A stretch of 64,000 nucleotides of DNA, from assembly GCA_964035545.1 (NCBI GenBank), contig OZ037766.1, forward strand, positions 19,146,767 to 19,210,766, in the 5' to 3' direction. This document shows, piece after piece, positions 1 to 10,151 of this stretch. The stretch is from Bugula neritina (lineage: Eukaryota > Animalia > Bryozoa). Under the pieces are notes generated by a model. The model was not told the DNA's origin. It ran no database searches and saw only the letters and a list, made by a program, of their open reading frames with translations. Numbering within the stretch: position 1 is the stretch's first letter; every line of letters begins with the position of its first letter. Both the position numbers and the translations under genes were made by a program.

Positions 1-2463
1 CTGGACGACGTCATTGTAATCTCCCCAGACTTTTCGACTCATGTCAGTTGTCTGCGGGAGGTCTTTGACCGTCTCCGGGCAGCTGGACTAAAGCTGAAGC
101 CCTCCAAGTATGCACTCCTGCAGCCGGAAGTCACGTACCTGGGCCATGTGGTGGGCCGTGATGGGGTCGCTACCGACCCGGAGAAGGTACAGGCTGTGAA
201 GGAGTGGGCTGTCCCCCGTGACCTCCCTGAGTTGCGCGCATTCCTGGGCCTAGTAGGGTACTACCGCCAGTACATACCTGGCTTCGCAGGAGTGGCTCAG
301 CCGTTAAATTGGCTGACCGCAAAGAGGGTCCGGTGGCAGTGGACGTAGGAGGAGCAGCAGGCATTCGACCACCTCAAGTAACGGCTAATGGAGGCGCCAA
401 TTCTGGCATATCCTGATCCAGCCAAGGAGTACATCCTGGACACCAACGCCAGCGACCACAGTGTTGGAGCTGTCCTGTCTCAAGTTCAGAGTGGGAGTGA
501 GGTGGTCGTGGCTTACTACAGCAAGACTCTCGCGGCCGCCGAGAAGAACTGCTGCACCACTAGGAAGGAACTCTTAGCAGTAGTCAAGGCGGTCAAGCAC
601 TTTCGGCCATATCTGTATGGGAGAACGTTTCGTTTGCGAACAGACCATGCATCACTGATATGGCTGTGTAAACGTGCGGAGCACTCGAGCCAGGTAGCTC
701 GTTGGCCAGATATTCTTGCCGAGTTCTCTTACCGGATAGAGCACCGTGCTGGCCGGAAGCACGGGAACGCCGACGGCATGAGCCGCCGGCCGGTAGAGGA
801 CTGTAAGCAATGCCTACACATTGAGAAGCGGGACGGGGGACCCGCTCGCCTTGACGTGGAAACAGAGTTAGGGGAGGGCGCCGTCTATCGGTGGGAGCAC
901 GGCCATCTTCGGACCGAAACTCACTCAGACGACGTCCAGGCGCTCCACGCCAACCCCACTCTGTACCAGAATGTCAAGGAGCTGTCCCGACTCCAGGAGA
1001 CGCTACCCGGCGCGGTAGCGGACATTTTCCGGGCCAAGAAGGAGGGCCGACGACCTAGCGAGGAACAGCAGCGGCAGGGAGACGTTGAGTTCCAACTCCT
1101 CTGTCGTCGCTGGGATGCCCTCAAGGTCAGTCCTGATGGCCTCCTGATGATAACGTTAGCAGCAGACAACCGTCAGCAGGAGAGAGACCGCGCCGTCTGT
1201 CCACGCGCCCTTCGACGGGAACTGATTTGGGACACCCATAAGCAGGCTCATTCTGGAGTCAGTTGGGTCATCAGGTGTCTGCGGCTGCTTTGGTATTGGC
1301 CCGGAATGACTCGAGACGTACGACTGCGGGTACGGCAATGCGAGGTCTGCCAAGCTAGCAAGCATTGCCGCCCCACGGAAACCACTGGTCGACGCCGGCT
1401 ATATGCTGGTTGACCGTGGCAAGTAGTGGCGGTAGACCTTGTCGAGCCTATGCCGTTATCTGCCAGAGGGAACACCTGGATACTGGTGCTCACGGACCAC
1501 TTTACCCAGTGGGCAGATGCTCTGGCTATTCCAGACGCAACAGCCCCACGGTGGCCCGGACCCTGAACCAACATGTGTTCTGTTACCTCAGTTTACCCGA
1601 GCAGATACATACGGACCAGGGTGCCCAGTTCCAGTCCCAGCTCATGAGAGACCTCTGCCGGATATGGGGGGTGAACCAGAATCGGACCACCCCATATTAC
1701 CCGCAAGGGAACGGAGTCGTCGAGCGGAACAACAGGATGTTGGGGGACGCCCTCAGGAGCCTGCTCCTTGGTTGAGGTCAGGAAGAATAGGACGTGGTGC
1801 TGCCGCAAATCATGTGGGCTTACCGCAGCACACCACACTCCGCCACGCAGGAGACCCCAAACTTCCTGATGCTAGGCCGAGAGACGCGGGTTCCGGAACA
1901 CCTGACATACCATGTTCCTGCCCGCGAGTCACCGGTACACGAATACGTGGAGGGTCTGATAGACATCATGGGCAAAGCTCATGATGCACTGCGTACCCAG
2001 CAGTGGCAGACCCGCACAGAGGACTCAGAAGAGCCCCCATTGTACCAGGTGGGAGACTGGGTCTGGATGGTGAGCTACCGTAGGCGACGCGAACAGTTGG
2101 CTAAGCTTCAGCCGAAGTTCGTTTGTCCCTACTGCGTAGTGGAGGTGCTGCCCAACCACACGTATCGTGTGGAGCACTCTGGACAGGTTTCAGTCCAGAG
2201 CGAACAGCGCCTGAAACCTTACTATGCCAGCCCAGACACGGTGGGTCAGGCTCCACCCCTCCTGGAGCCCCACCGCCATTCCAACCGTTGAGGACAGGCC
2301 ACCCAGCCCGAGAGGTAGAAATTGTGGTCCCTAGAGAGGCGGACCAGGGGCAGACCGCCTTGCTGGAGCAGCTGGAGCGACAACAGAGAGAGGAGAGGGA
2401 GCAAGAATGGCAACAAGCTCTAGGACCACCACCCCTCCAGGGGGAGGACACCCCCACCCGCCG
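1..2463 (+). mobile_element. Degraded Ty3/Gypsy pol fragment (RT end, RNase H, integrase), relative of elements A/B/C, 3'-truncated
   Basis: LDD at position 1. ORFs 148-348, 388-1413, 1365-1775 and 1794-2291 carry RNase H (LDTNASD, ELLAVV, TDH, ADGMSR), HHCC and integrase (TDQG, ERNNR) motifs, broken by stops and frameshifts. Colinear with pol of element A. Confidence 0.93.
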
Positions 2464-3818
2464 GTGCTCCACAAGCCAGATAATCTTTTTTGATTAAATA
2501 TGTTGCACGAGACTCCTGTGTCTAGCTGGTATTCTATTTTGGCACGCTTATTCCTAGATCTAGTATTGATGTTGGCGATGAGTCACTTTCCTTTCTTTAT
2601 TACTTGTATGTACATCAGAGATTTTGAATCACTGCTCTCGTCAGAAGCTATGCGTTTAGCGACTGCATTTATTCTGCCGTTTCTCTTGGATCTGCAGACC
2701 GCTTTGAAGTGGTTGAATTTCTTGCAGTTACTGCACTGTTTGCCATATGCTGGGCATTTGCGAGGAGGATGATAATTACCACAGTGTCCACAGTTAGATT
2801 TAGCAGGATTATTCGCTTCCTTGTCAGTTGTGCGTAAGCACTGTTTGACATTTTTGTTTGCTTTAGTGGGCTTGTGACCAAGCGTATGAATTGATTCGTC
2901 TTCCGCTTTAATAGCTTTCATATCACTCTGAGAGCTCTCAGCCAATTTGCACTTTTTAATAGCTTTTTTGAGGTCTATGTTTTCTGACTCCTTGAACAAT
3001 TTTCTCCGCAGTTGTTCATCGTTGATGCCAAGAAGTAAGGCCTGCATAAAAAAGTCATCGTACATGTCACCCAGGTCACATTCTCTGGCGATCTTATGTA
3101 AGTTGGTGACATACTCATCTATTGATAAGCATTTCTGTTTTGTCGATAGCAGTTGATGTCTTTTGATTATTTTGTTGGAGGTCTTTTTGCGAAAGTTGTC
3201 AAATTTTCCTAGGACATCTTTGTAAACATCTTTAGATTCTCCTTCCCCAAACTTGAAACTTTTGCATATGTCTACACCTCTTGGTCCAATGGTCCGCAGT
3301 AGAATGGCTATTTTTATTTTATCCTCTTTGTCAGATTTTTCTGCAGCTATTAGATAATAGTCGAATTCTTCCTTGAAGCGAGACCACTGGGTGGACAACT
3401 CTGCACCATCTTGCAGAGGTTTGGGCATAAGAAAATCTTGTGCAGTTGCCATGTTTACAATAACTATTTTTTTATCTTGTATCAGGTATCAGGAACTAGC
3501 TGTAGTATAGGTAGAGTTCAGTGTGATAACTTCCTCACTCAAGGCACCATGTTTATGTCAGTGAGTATTCCAATGTTTTGTAATTGTTATTGTAATTGTT
3601 TGTGAATAAACAAATATTGAGATAAGGAGGTTTGGATTAGTTTCGAGTGGTAAGTAATCTTTAATCGGTCTCAAACCATAAGCCAGAGAATGTACTACAA
3701 ACACACAATAAAGTAATATTAGTATAAGTAATGCTTAGACACAAAAAGATTATATAACCAGAGTACAGTAGTTACTATGCTACAGAGTATACACATAATA
3801 CAAATTAATATAATAACA
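2464..3818 (-). mobile_element. 5' part of a second Gypsy-family element (LTR, PBS, gag, start of protease), truncated
   Basis: ORF 2583-3452 is gag with tandem zinc knuckles (CGHCGNYH..C, CSNCKKFNHFKAVC). QLDTG protease motif follows in frame after a stop. On the minus strand ...AAACA is followed by TGGTGCCTTGAGTGAGG (3549-3533), a PBS resembling elongator tRNA-Met. The outer LTR boundary (~3818) is uncertain. Confidence 0.8.
2583..3452 (-). CDS. gag: Gypsy gag with two CCHC-type knuckles
   Basis: WSRFKEEF...ILLRTIG capsid-like N-terminus and C-terminal knuckles. Confidence 0.85.
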   Translation of the reverse strand: MATAQDFLMPKPLQDGAELSTQWSRFKEEFDYYLIAAEKSDKEDKIKIAILLRTIGPRGVDICKSFKFGEGESKDVYKDVLGKFDNFRKKTSNKIIKRHQLLSTKQKCLSIDEYVTNLHKIARECDLGDMYDDFFMQALLLGINDEQLRRKLFKESENIDLKKAIKKCKLAESSQSDMKAIKAEDESIHTLGHKPTKANKNVKQCLRTTDKEANNPAKSNCGHCGNYHPPRKCPAYGKQCSNCKKFNHFKAVCRSKRNGRINAVAKRIASDESSDSKSLMYIQVIKKGK

Positions 3819-3961
3819 TTGTGACAATAGAATGATGATGGGGAGGCTAAACATATCAGCGTGTTGGGTTATAACAGTTATAGGTTGAACCGCTACGGAG
3901 TATTAGTATTAAGTATTTAGCCGATAGCTTGAAGTCTAAGTCAATTGTCAGACGCCTTCAT

Positions 3962-4355
3962 CAACAACAGGTGAAGAAGCTAAGCGCTTTCATGATGAGG
4001 CAACTGAGAGACATAATGCTGTAAAATGGTATGACAAAGTTACGAATGAAGAAATATTAAGACGTGCCAATTTGCCAAGCATGGCCGACATCCTTATAGA
4101 AAAGAATTTGAGATGGCTAGGCCATGTGCACAGGATGGAATATAGCCGGTTACCAAGACAATTGCTCTACTCTCAGCTGAAGGAGGGTAAAAGAAATACA
4201 GGGCGACCTAGACTCAGACTTAAAGATGTTGCTAAGAGGAATATGAAATGGAGAGCAATAAACTTGAGTTCTTGGCAGCAGACAGCTGACAACAGAGCTG
4301 CGTGGAGAGCTGCAACCAAATTTAAGCCGAATCCATAAAACAGTCATAGTCGTAT
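3962..4355 (+). mobile_element. 3' end of an RTE-like non-LTR retrotransposon; its tail resumes at 11803 after element A
   Basis: ORF 4072-4338 LRWLGHVHRM..RLPRQLLY...GRPRLRLKD...W...A.NRAAWR is the typical RTE-clade C-terminus. Confidence 0.8.
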
Positions 4356-4660
4356 TGTGGTGGCTCGTGGAGCTACCAGCAACACAATACGCAAGGTTGC
4401 GTATTGACCCGGAACAATGTATTAGCCAATTAGCTAGGCTGTTTTATAAGTAATAGTAGCCGCTTCGCGCTACTAGCTCAGTTGAGGATAGTGCTGAAAA
4501 CTAAATAGACGTGCGTATCATTACTGTTGTACATTGGATTTTTATTATGTATTCTTGTATTAAATATAACGATATCTACTCGACTTAACTGGTGAAGTTT
4601 CTCTAGTGTTAAATAGACTCTCTTGGTGACACATCAACCCTAAATCTGAAAACTATAACA
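4356..4660 (+). repeat. 5' LTR of element A
   Basis: Direct repeat of 11494-11798. Contains TAGCCAAT and TTTTATAAG promoter-like motifs. Confidence 0.97.
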
Positions 4661-4661
4661 G

Positions 4662-4679
4662 TGGTGGCAGCAGTGGGAT
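4662..4679 (+). promoter_or_regulatory. Primer binding site, tRNA-Leu
   Basis: TGGTGGCAGCAGTGGGAT, 1 nt after the LTR. One mismatch to the complement of the tRNA-Leu(AAG/TAG) 3' end TGGTGGCAGCGGTGGGAT. Confidence 0.9.
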
Positions 4680-4693
4680 AGTGTATATCAAAG

Positions 4694-5560
4694 ATGGAGA
4701 CTGAACATGCTAGAATGCAACCACCCCCAGTAGAAGGTGAGCGTAGAAATGCTGTTAATCCTGTGAATCGTGAAGGAGAAGAAGCTTATAGACATTGCTT
4801 GAAAGCTCCCACCTTTACTGGGTCGGAAGATGTCGAACAATTTATACAAGAATTTAGAGAGGTAATGGAAGTTGCTCAATGGCCGCATAGAGTGGCCCTT
4901 ATCAAATTGCGGAGGGCGGTGACGGAGCAAGCCAAGCCGTACGGAGTGGGAACGGACGTAGACGGCATACTGGCTGCGCTGCGGGCCCGTTTTGGCACCT
5001 CCGTCATAGACGCCAGGACCAAGCTGGAGAGATTGTGCCGCACCCCGCGGACCTCGCTACAAGAACATGCCGCGACGGTGAAGAAGCTGGCGCAGATTGC
5101 ATATAGCGATCTGCCAGCACAACACCAAGAGCGTTACACCTATGACGCCTTTGTCCAGTCCCTAAACGACCTGGGCCTAGACCATCACCTACGAGCTAAA
5201 GGGATAACCAGAATAGAGGATGCCCTGGAGGCTGGAGAAGCTTACCTGTTGGCTACCCAAATGCATCGAGCACAACGGAACCCACCAGTAGTTGGAGTCA
5301 GCGCTGCTCGGGCTACGACAAGCTCCGAAGCCCTCCCGCTGGAAGCCGAAGTGGACCGTATGGTAGAGATGCTGGGACAATTGGTGACCATTCTGGCCGG
5401 TGCTGGCCCCGGTCAGGCCTTGCGGATGCCCCCAACACCTGTGGGGCAAGGCTGGAGTAGCGCTGATCAGGACCAGGGACAGAAAGGACGACCCCAATAC
5501 CAGGGGGCGTTAAACTGTCACGGCCCGCGGACACTCTCCCTCCCCGCGGGCCGCAACTAA
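4694..5560 (+). CDS. gag: Gag of element A (capsid-like; knuckle degenerate)
   Basis: First ORF after the PBS. APTFTGSEDVEQFIQEF...W...LRARFG is homologous to the gags of B and C. Confidence 0.92.
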   Translation: METEHARMQPPPVEGERRNAVNPVNREGEEAYRHCLKAPTFTGSEDVEQFIQEFREVMEVAQWPHRVALIKLRRAVTEQAKPYGVGTDVDGILAALRARFGTSVIDARTKLERLCRTPRTSLQEHAATVKKLAQIAYSDLPAQHQERYTYDAFVQSLNDLGLDHHLRAKGITRIEDALEAGEAYLLATQMHRAQRNPPVVGVSAARATTSSEALPLEAEVDRMVEMLGQLVTILAGAGPGQALRMPPTPVGQGWSSADQDQGQKGRPQYQGALNCHGPRTLSLPAGRN

Positions 5561-5570
5561 AGGAGTATGG
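5509..5570 (+). promoter_or_regulatory. Putative -1 ribosomal frameshift signal (G_TTA_AAC plus GC stem-loop or pseudoknot)
   Basis: Heptamer 5509-5515 in the gag frame, 5-nt spacer, perfect 10-bp stem 5521-5530/5544-5553. The -1 frame is open from 5509 into pol. Confidence 0.75.
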
Positions 5571-8500
5571 TGGAACACGCCGTCGTCTGTCCGTACGGAC
5601 CCGGCGGAACATTCTACCCGAGTGGCAGGTACCACGCAGGACTAGTAGGCCCGCACAACGGCCCAGTACCTTTTCCCTGCCACTCGCTAACCGGTTTCAC
5701 CGGTTACCTCGGGAGGAGGAGCCCGCCACTGAAATGGAGCCAGAAGGCCCAGTGGAGAGGCCCAAACCCCGCCGGCACCAACCTCGCCGCCGGAAGCCCC
5801 GTAAACCACGGGTGGAACCCCCGCCGTCCTGTCAAACCAGGACAGCACATGCGGGGGGGGTGAAAGTACAACCACATGGAGAGAGCTATTTCCTACCCGG
5901 AAAGGTGGCCGGCAACGCCGTCACTTTCCTGCTCGACTCCGGTTGTACTACCAACCTTCTCAGCCGTAGAGTCTTTGAGGCACTGCCCCGCCGGGACAGG
6001 GATAGAGTACGACCGTATACTGGAGAACATGGCACCCTGGCAGACGGGTCATGTATCCCCTTTTATGGTATTATCGAGCTCCCTGGGCGTGTCCGAGATC
6101 AGGCTGTACAGGAGACCTTTATCATAGGTCAACTGGAGGAAGATGCTATCCTCGGCATGCCCTTCTTGAAGCAACACCAGTGCCGAATAGATTTTAGTAA
6201 GTCGGTGGTGCTGATGGGCGGGCGAGAACTCGCCTGTGTGGATAAGTTTGGGCGTCCTCTGGTGGGCGGTGTTCAGGTAGTTCGGAACTGCACCGTACCC
6301 GGACGCTCCAGAGCTACTATCCACTGCCGAGTGAACAGCAACCGGATAGCCAGGCTCGGGGTCGTTGAAAGCGCGCACGAAAAGATCCAACTCGCCAGTA
6401 GTTTAAACCGACTAACTGAGCGAGGGGAGGTCTTAGTGCAGTGCGTCAACCCCTTTACCGAGCCCATTGAGCTCCCAGCTGGGTCAATGCTGGGCCGGTT
6501 CCACTCCGTCCAGGAAGAGGACGTGGGCCCGTCGCTGGGTGACGCGACGGAGGCACCCCCTCGACACCCTATTCAGGGACGAGGGGCAGTCCCGACACAT
6601 CTCCGGGAGTTATACGAAACAGCCAGTGGCGGCTGCGCGAGTAACAGAGAACGCCAAGCTATGGCCAAGTTACTACGCGACTACGGTGATGTGTTCAGCA
6701 GCGGGGAGAATGACGTGGGACTGACTGGAATTGTCAGACACGAAATACCGCTGACTGCAGGGACAGTCCCTGTCCGGCAGCCCACGCGCAGGCTGGGGCC
6801 GGAGAAAGAGAAGGAGGTTAGCCGACAAGTACGGGATCTTCTGGACCGGGGACTGATAGAGCCCGCCCATAGTGCGTGGAGCTCGCCAGTCGTACTGGTC
6901 CGGAAGAAAGACGGCAGTTGGCGGTTCTGTGTGGACTACCGCAAACTCAATAGCGTAACCATACAGGACGCCTACCCTCTACCTCGTATTGACGAGTCAT
7001 TGGACGCCCTAGCCGGCAGCAAGTACTTCAGTACGTTAGACTTGCTAAGCGGCTATTGGCAGGTTCCTCTGAGTCCCGACGCCCAGGAGAAAGCGGCGTT
7101 TATCACCAGAGACAGTTTGTGGAAGTGGAAGGTGCTGCCCTTCGGGTTAACCTCCGCCCCAGCCACCTTCCAGAGGCTGATGGAACAAGTCCTTAGCGGA
7201 CTCCATTGGAAGACACTGCTGGTCTACCTCGATGATGTCATCGTAATCTCTCCAGACTTCGAGACACATGTCAGTCGTCTGCAGGAGGTTTTCGAGAGAC
7301 TCCGAGGTGCCGGTCTTAAGCTCAAACCTTCCAAGTGCGCTCTATTGCAGCCGGAGGTCAAGTACCTGGGGCACGTTGTCGGTCGAAACGGCGTGGCAAC
7401 GGATCCCGAAAAGGTACGGGCAGTAGAAGACTGGGTCACCCCCCAAGACTTGACCGGACTCCGGGCTTTCTTGGGGCTGGTAGGGTATTACAGGCAATAC
7501 ATACCAGACTTTGCGGGCATAGCCCAGCCGTTAAACCGGCTTACCGCAAAGGGAGTGACGTGGCAGTGGACTCCAGTCGAACAAGAAGCGTTCGACCGCC
7601 TCAAGGGCTGCCTCCTAACGGCGCCCATCTTGGCCTACCCAGACCCCACTCTGGAGTACATCCTAGACACAGACGCCAGTGACCAGAATGTTGGCGCTGT
7701 GCTGTCGCAAGTGCAGGAAGGCCGAGAAGTAGTAGTAGCCTACTACAGCAAGTCTCTCTCTCCCGCTGAACGAAATTACTGCACTACCCGCAAGGAGCTG
7801 CTGGCAGTAATCAAGTCAGTGAAGCACTTCAGACCATACCTATATGGCAGGAAGTTCCGGCTGCGTACGGATCATGCCTCGCTGATCTGGTTGTGCAGGA
7901 GAGCAGAGCCCTCCAGTCAGGTCGCCCGGTGGCTCGAAATCCTAGCTGAATTCTCGTACCGGATCGAACACCGACCGGGCAAGAGACACAGCAATGCAGA
8001 TGGGTTGAGTCGCCGACCTGACGGAGGTTGCAAACAGTGTCTCAACATCGAGAGGAGGGATGGAGGTCCCCCACGATGCGAGTTGGAGACGCTGGCTCAT
8101 CACGGAGCACCGTTTGACTGGGATCAAGGTCAACTCAGGCAAAGAGTTGATGAGTCCCCGGAGGATGTACAAAACCTCCGCGCCAACCCTGTACTGGCCG
8201 GTAATGTTCGAGAGCTGAAGAAGCTCCAAGAAGAGCTGCCGGGAGTCGTGGCAGACATCTACCGGGCCAAAAGGGAAGGGCGACGACCCAGCGAGGAACG
8301 CATACGACAGGGATGCGCCGAGTTCCGGCTATACTGTCAGCGTTGGGACTCGCTGCGGATCGGGCAGGATGGGTTGCTAACCATCTCGCTAGCTGCCAGC
8401 GGCAGACACCCGGAAAGGAAGAGGGTAGTCTGCCCCACAGCCATCCGCCGTGAGTTGATTTGGGATACTCACAAGCAGGCTCACGCAGGGGTCAAGCGAG

Positions 8501-10134
8501 TGATATCCAAATTACGACTCCGGTGGTATTGGCCGCAGATGGAGCGTGACGTCCGGCTCAGAGTCAAACAGTGTGAGATCTGCCAGGCCAGTAAGCATAG
8601 CCGCCCCCCTGGTGAAGCAGGACGGCGGAGGCTATATGCTGGTAGGCCCTGGCAAGTGGTCGCTGTAGACCTGGTCGGACCCATGCCCCTGACCCCCAGA
8701 GGCAATAATTGGATCCTAGTACTAACCGACCACTTTACTAGGTGGGCGGATGCTCTGGCTATCCCAGATGCATCAGCCCCAACAGTGGCCAGGGCACTAG
8801 ACCAACATGTATTCTGTTATTTTGGGCTTCCCGAACAGATACACTCTGATCAAGGCGCTCAATTCCAGTCTCAACTGATGAGCGACCTTTGCCACCTCTG
8901 GGGAGTAAATCAGAGCAGGACCACCCCCTACCACCCTCAAGGTAACGGGGTGGTGGAGCGCAACAACCGGATGCTAGGTGATGCGCTCCGGAGTCTCCTC
9001 CTTGGACGAGGTCAAGAGGAATGGGATACGGTGTTGCCGCAAGTCATGCGTGCATACCGTAGCACCCCACACACCAGTACTGGTGAGACCCCAAACCTCT
9101 TGATGCTCGGGAGAGAGACTCGTGTCCCTGACCATCTCACCTATCACGTTCCAGAGCAGGATAACTCAGTCCATGAGTATGCCAGTGAACTAGTGGAACG
9201 GATGAAGGCCGCACACGAGATACTGCGCCAACAGCAGTGGAAGGTGCGGCACGAAGATTCCGATGAACCACCCCTCTATCAAAGAGGAGATAAGGTGTGG
9301 ATGGTCAATTACCGTAGGCGCCGCGGACAGGCTGATAAGCTGAAGCCTAAGTTCGTAGGCCCCTACGTGGTCGTCGAGGCTATGCCCAATCATACGTACA
9401 AGATTGAGCGCTCAGGACAGGTGTCTATCCAGAATGAGTCTCGCTTGAAACCGTATTGGGCTAGCCCTGACGGAGTGGGAGAAGCCCCCCCGTTGTTAGA
9501 GCCCAGGAGGCAGACAACGACGCGCGGGCGACGGCGGCATGGACCTGAATACGAAGTGGTCATACCGCGGGAGGAAAACTTGGTGAGAGAGGAGCGGCAG
9601 CTTTTGTCAACAGAAGCGTGTCCGCCACCGCCAAGTCTAATTCCATCACTTCCAGAAACTGAGCCGGTTCCGGAAGTGCAAACCCCCACGGAGGGAGGGG
9701 CTCCATCCGGAGAACAAGAAGAGGTGACCACTAACGGTGAAGTAGAGACGCCATTAGAGGCCCCTACTAACGAACCGGCAAGTGTGTCACCCCCCCTAGA
9801 GAGGGGACAGCGTACGAGGAAGCCCCCACCGTATTTGAAAGACTTCATATGTGACTGCATTAGAAGCGGCGCACATGAAAGTCTAGGGGAAAACCGTACG
9901 ATGAAATGTTGGAGTTGTGAACCCCACGCAAATATCAACTTTTGCGAGGGCGGAATAGTGGGAGGAATTAATGCGCGTAAAGCAAATAGTTCCGACCTCG
10001 TGCCTCAGAAACGATGCTCAGCCTTTTCTTATGCTGACATCGCCAAAGGCAGACGTATCTCACAACCAGCTCCAACCTTACCAAGAACGTTGAGTATGGA
10101 CATTAATACCGAGTTCCCAGGTAAGCCAGTATAA
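5509..10134 (+). CDS. pol: Pol polyprotein PR-RT-RNaseH-IN (first ATG 5734; probably expressed by -1 frameshift from gag)
   Basis: LLDSG protease; FCVDYRKLN, LPFGL, YLDD RT; LDTDASD..ELLA..TDH..ADGLSR RNase H; HHCC; DDE integrase; GPY/F module. No stops over 1466+ aa. Confidence 0.97.
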   Translation, partial: VKLSRPADTLPPRGPQLKEYGGTRRRLSVRTRRNILPEWQVPRRTSRPAQRPSTFSLPLANRFHRLPREEEPATEMEPEGPVERPKPRRHQPRRRKPRKPRVEPPPSCQTRTAHAGGVKVQPHGESYFLPGKVAGNAVTFLLDSGCTTNLLSRRVFEALPRRDRDRVRPYTGEHGTLADGSCIPFYGIIELPGRVRDQAVQETFIIGQLEEDAILGMPFLKQHQCRIDFSKSVVLMGGRELACVDKFGRPLVGGVQVVRNCTVPGRSRATIHCRVNSNRIARLGVVESAHEKIQLASSLNRLTERGEVLVQCVNPFTEPIELPAGSMLGRFHSVQEEDVGPSLGDATEAPPRHPIQGRGAVPTHLRELYETASGGCASNRERQAMAKLLRDYGDVFSSGENDVGLTGIVRHEIPLTAGTVPVRQPTRRLGPEKEKEVSRQVRDLLDRGLIEPAHSAWSSPVVLVRKKDGSWRFCVDYRKLNSVTIQDAYPLPRIDESLDALAGSKYFSTLDLLSGYWQVPLSPDAQEKAAFITRDSLWKWKVLPFGLTSAPATFQRLMEQVLSGLHWKTLLVYLDDVIVISPDFETHVSRLQEVFERLRGAGLKLKPSKCALLQPEVKYLGHVVGRNGVATDPEKVRAVEDWVTPQDLTGLRAFLGLVGYYRQYIPDFAGIAQPLNRLTAKGVTWQWTPVEQEAFDRLKGCLLTAPILAYPDPTLEYILDTDASDQNVGAVLSQVQEGREVVVAYYSKSLSPAERNYCTTRKELLAVIKSVKHFRPYLYGRKFRLRTDHASLIWLCRRAEPSSQVARWLEILAEFSYRIEHRPGKRHSNADGLSRRPDGGCKQCLNIERRDGGPPRCELETLAHHGAPFDWDQGQLRQRVDESPEDVQNLRANPVLAGNVRELKKLQEELPGVVADIYRAKREGRRPSEERIRQGCAEFRLYCQRWDSLRIGQDGLLTISLAASGRHPERKRVVCPTAIRRELIWDTHKQAHAGVKRVISKLRLRWYWPQMERDVRLRVKQCEICQASKHSRPPGEAGRRRLYAGRPWQVVAVDLVGPMPLTPRGNNWILVLTDHFTRWADALAIPDASAPTVARALDQHVFCYFGLPEQIHSDQGAQFQSQLMSDLCHLWGVNQSRTTPYHPQGNGVVERNNRMLGDALRSLLLGRGQEEWDTVLPQVMRAYRSTPHTSTGETPNLLMLGRETRVPDHLTYHVPEQDNSVHEYASELVERMKAAHEILRQQQWKVRHEDSDEPPLYQRGDKVWMVNYRRRRGQADKLKPKFVGPYVVVEAMPNHTYKIERSGQVSIQNESRLKPYWASPDGVGEAPPLLEPRRQTTTRGRRRHGPEYEVVIPREENLVREERQLLSTEACPPPPSLIPSLPETEPVPEVQTPTEGGAPSGEQEEVTTNGEVETPLEAPTNEPASVSPPLERGQRTRKPPPYLKDFICDCIRSGAHESLGENRTMKCWSCEPHANINFCEGGIVGGINARKANSSDLVPQKRCSAFSYADIAKGRRISQPAPTLPRTLSMDINTEFPGKPV

Positions 10135-10151
10135 GTCTTGTATTCCTATTC

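Noticed and set aside
9480-10134. Chromodomain at the integrase C-terminus
   Set aside because: No aromatic-cage or YLVKW-type pattern is visible.
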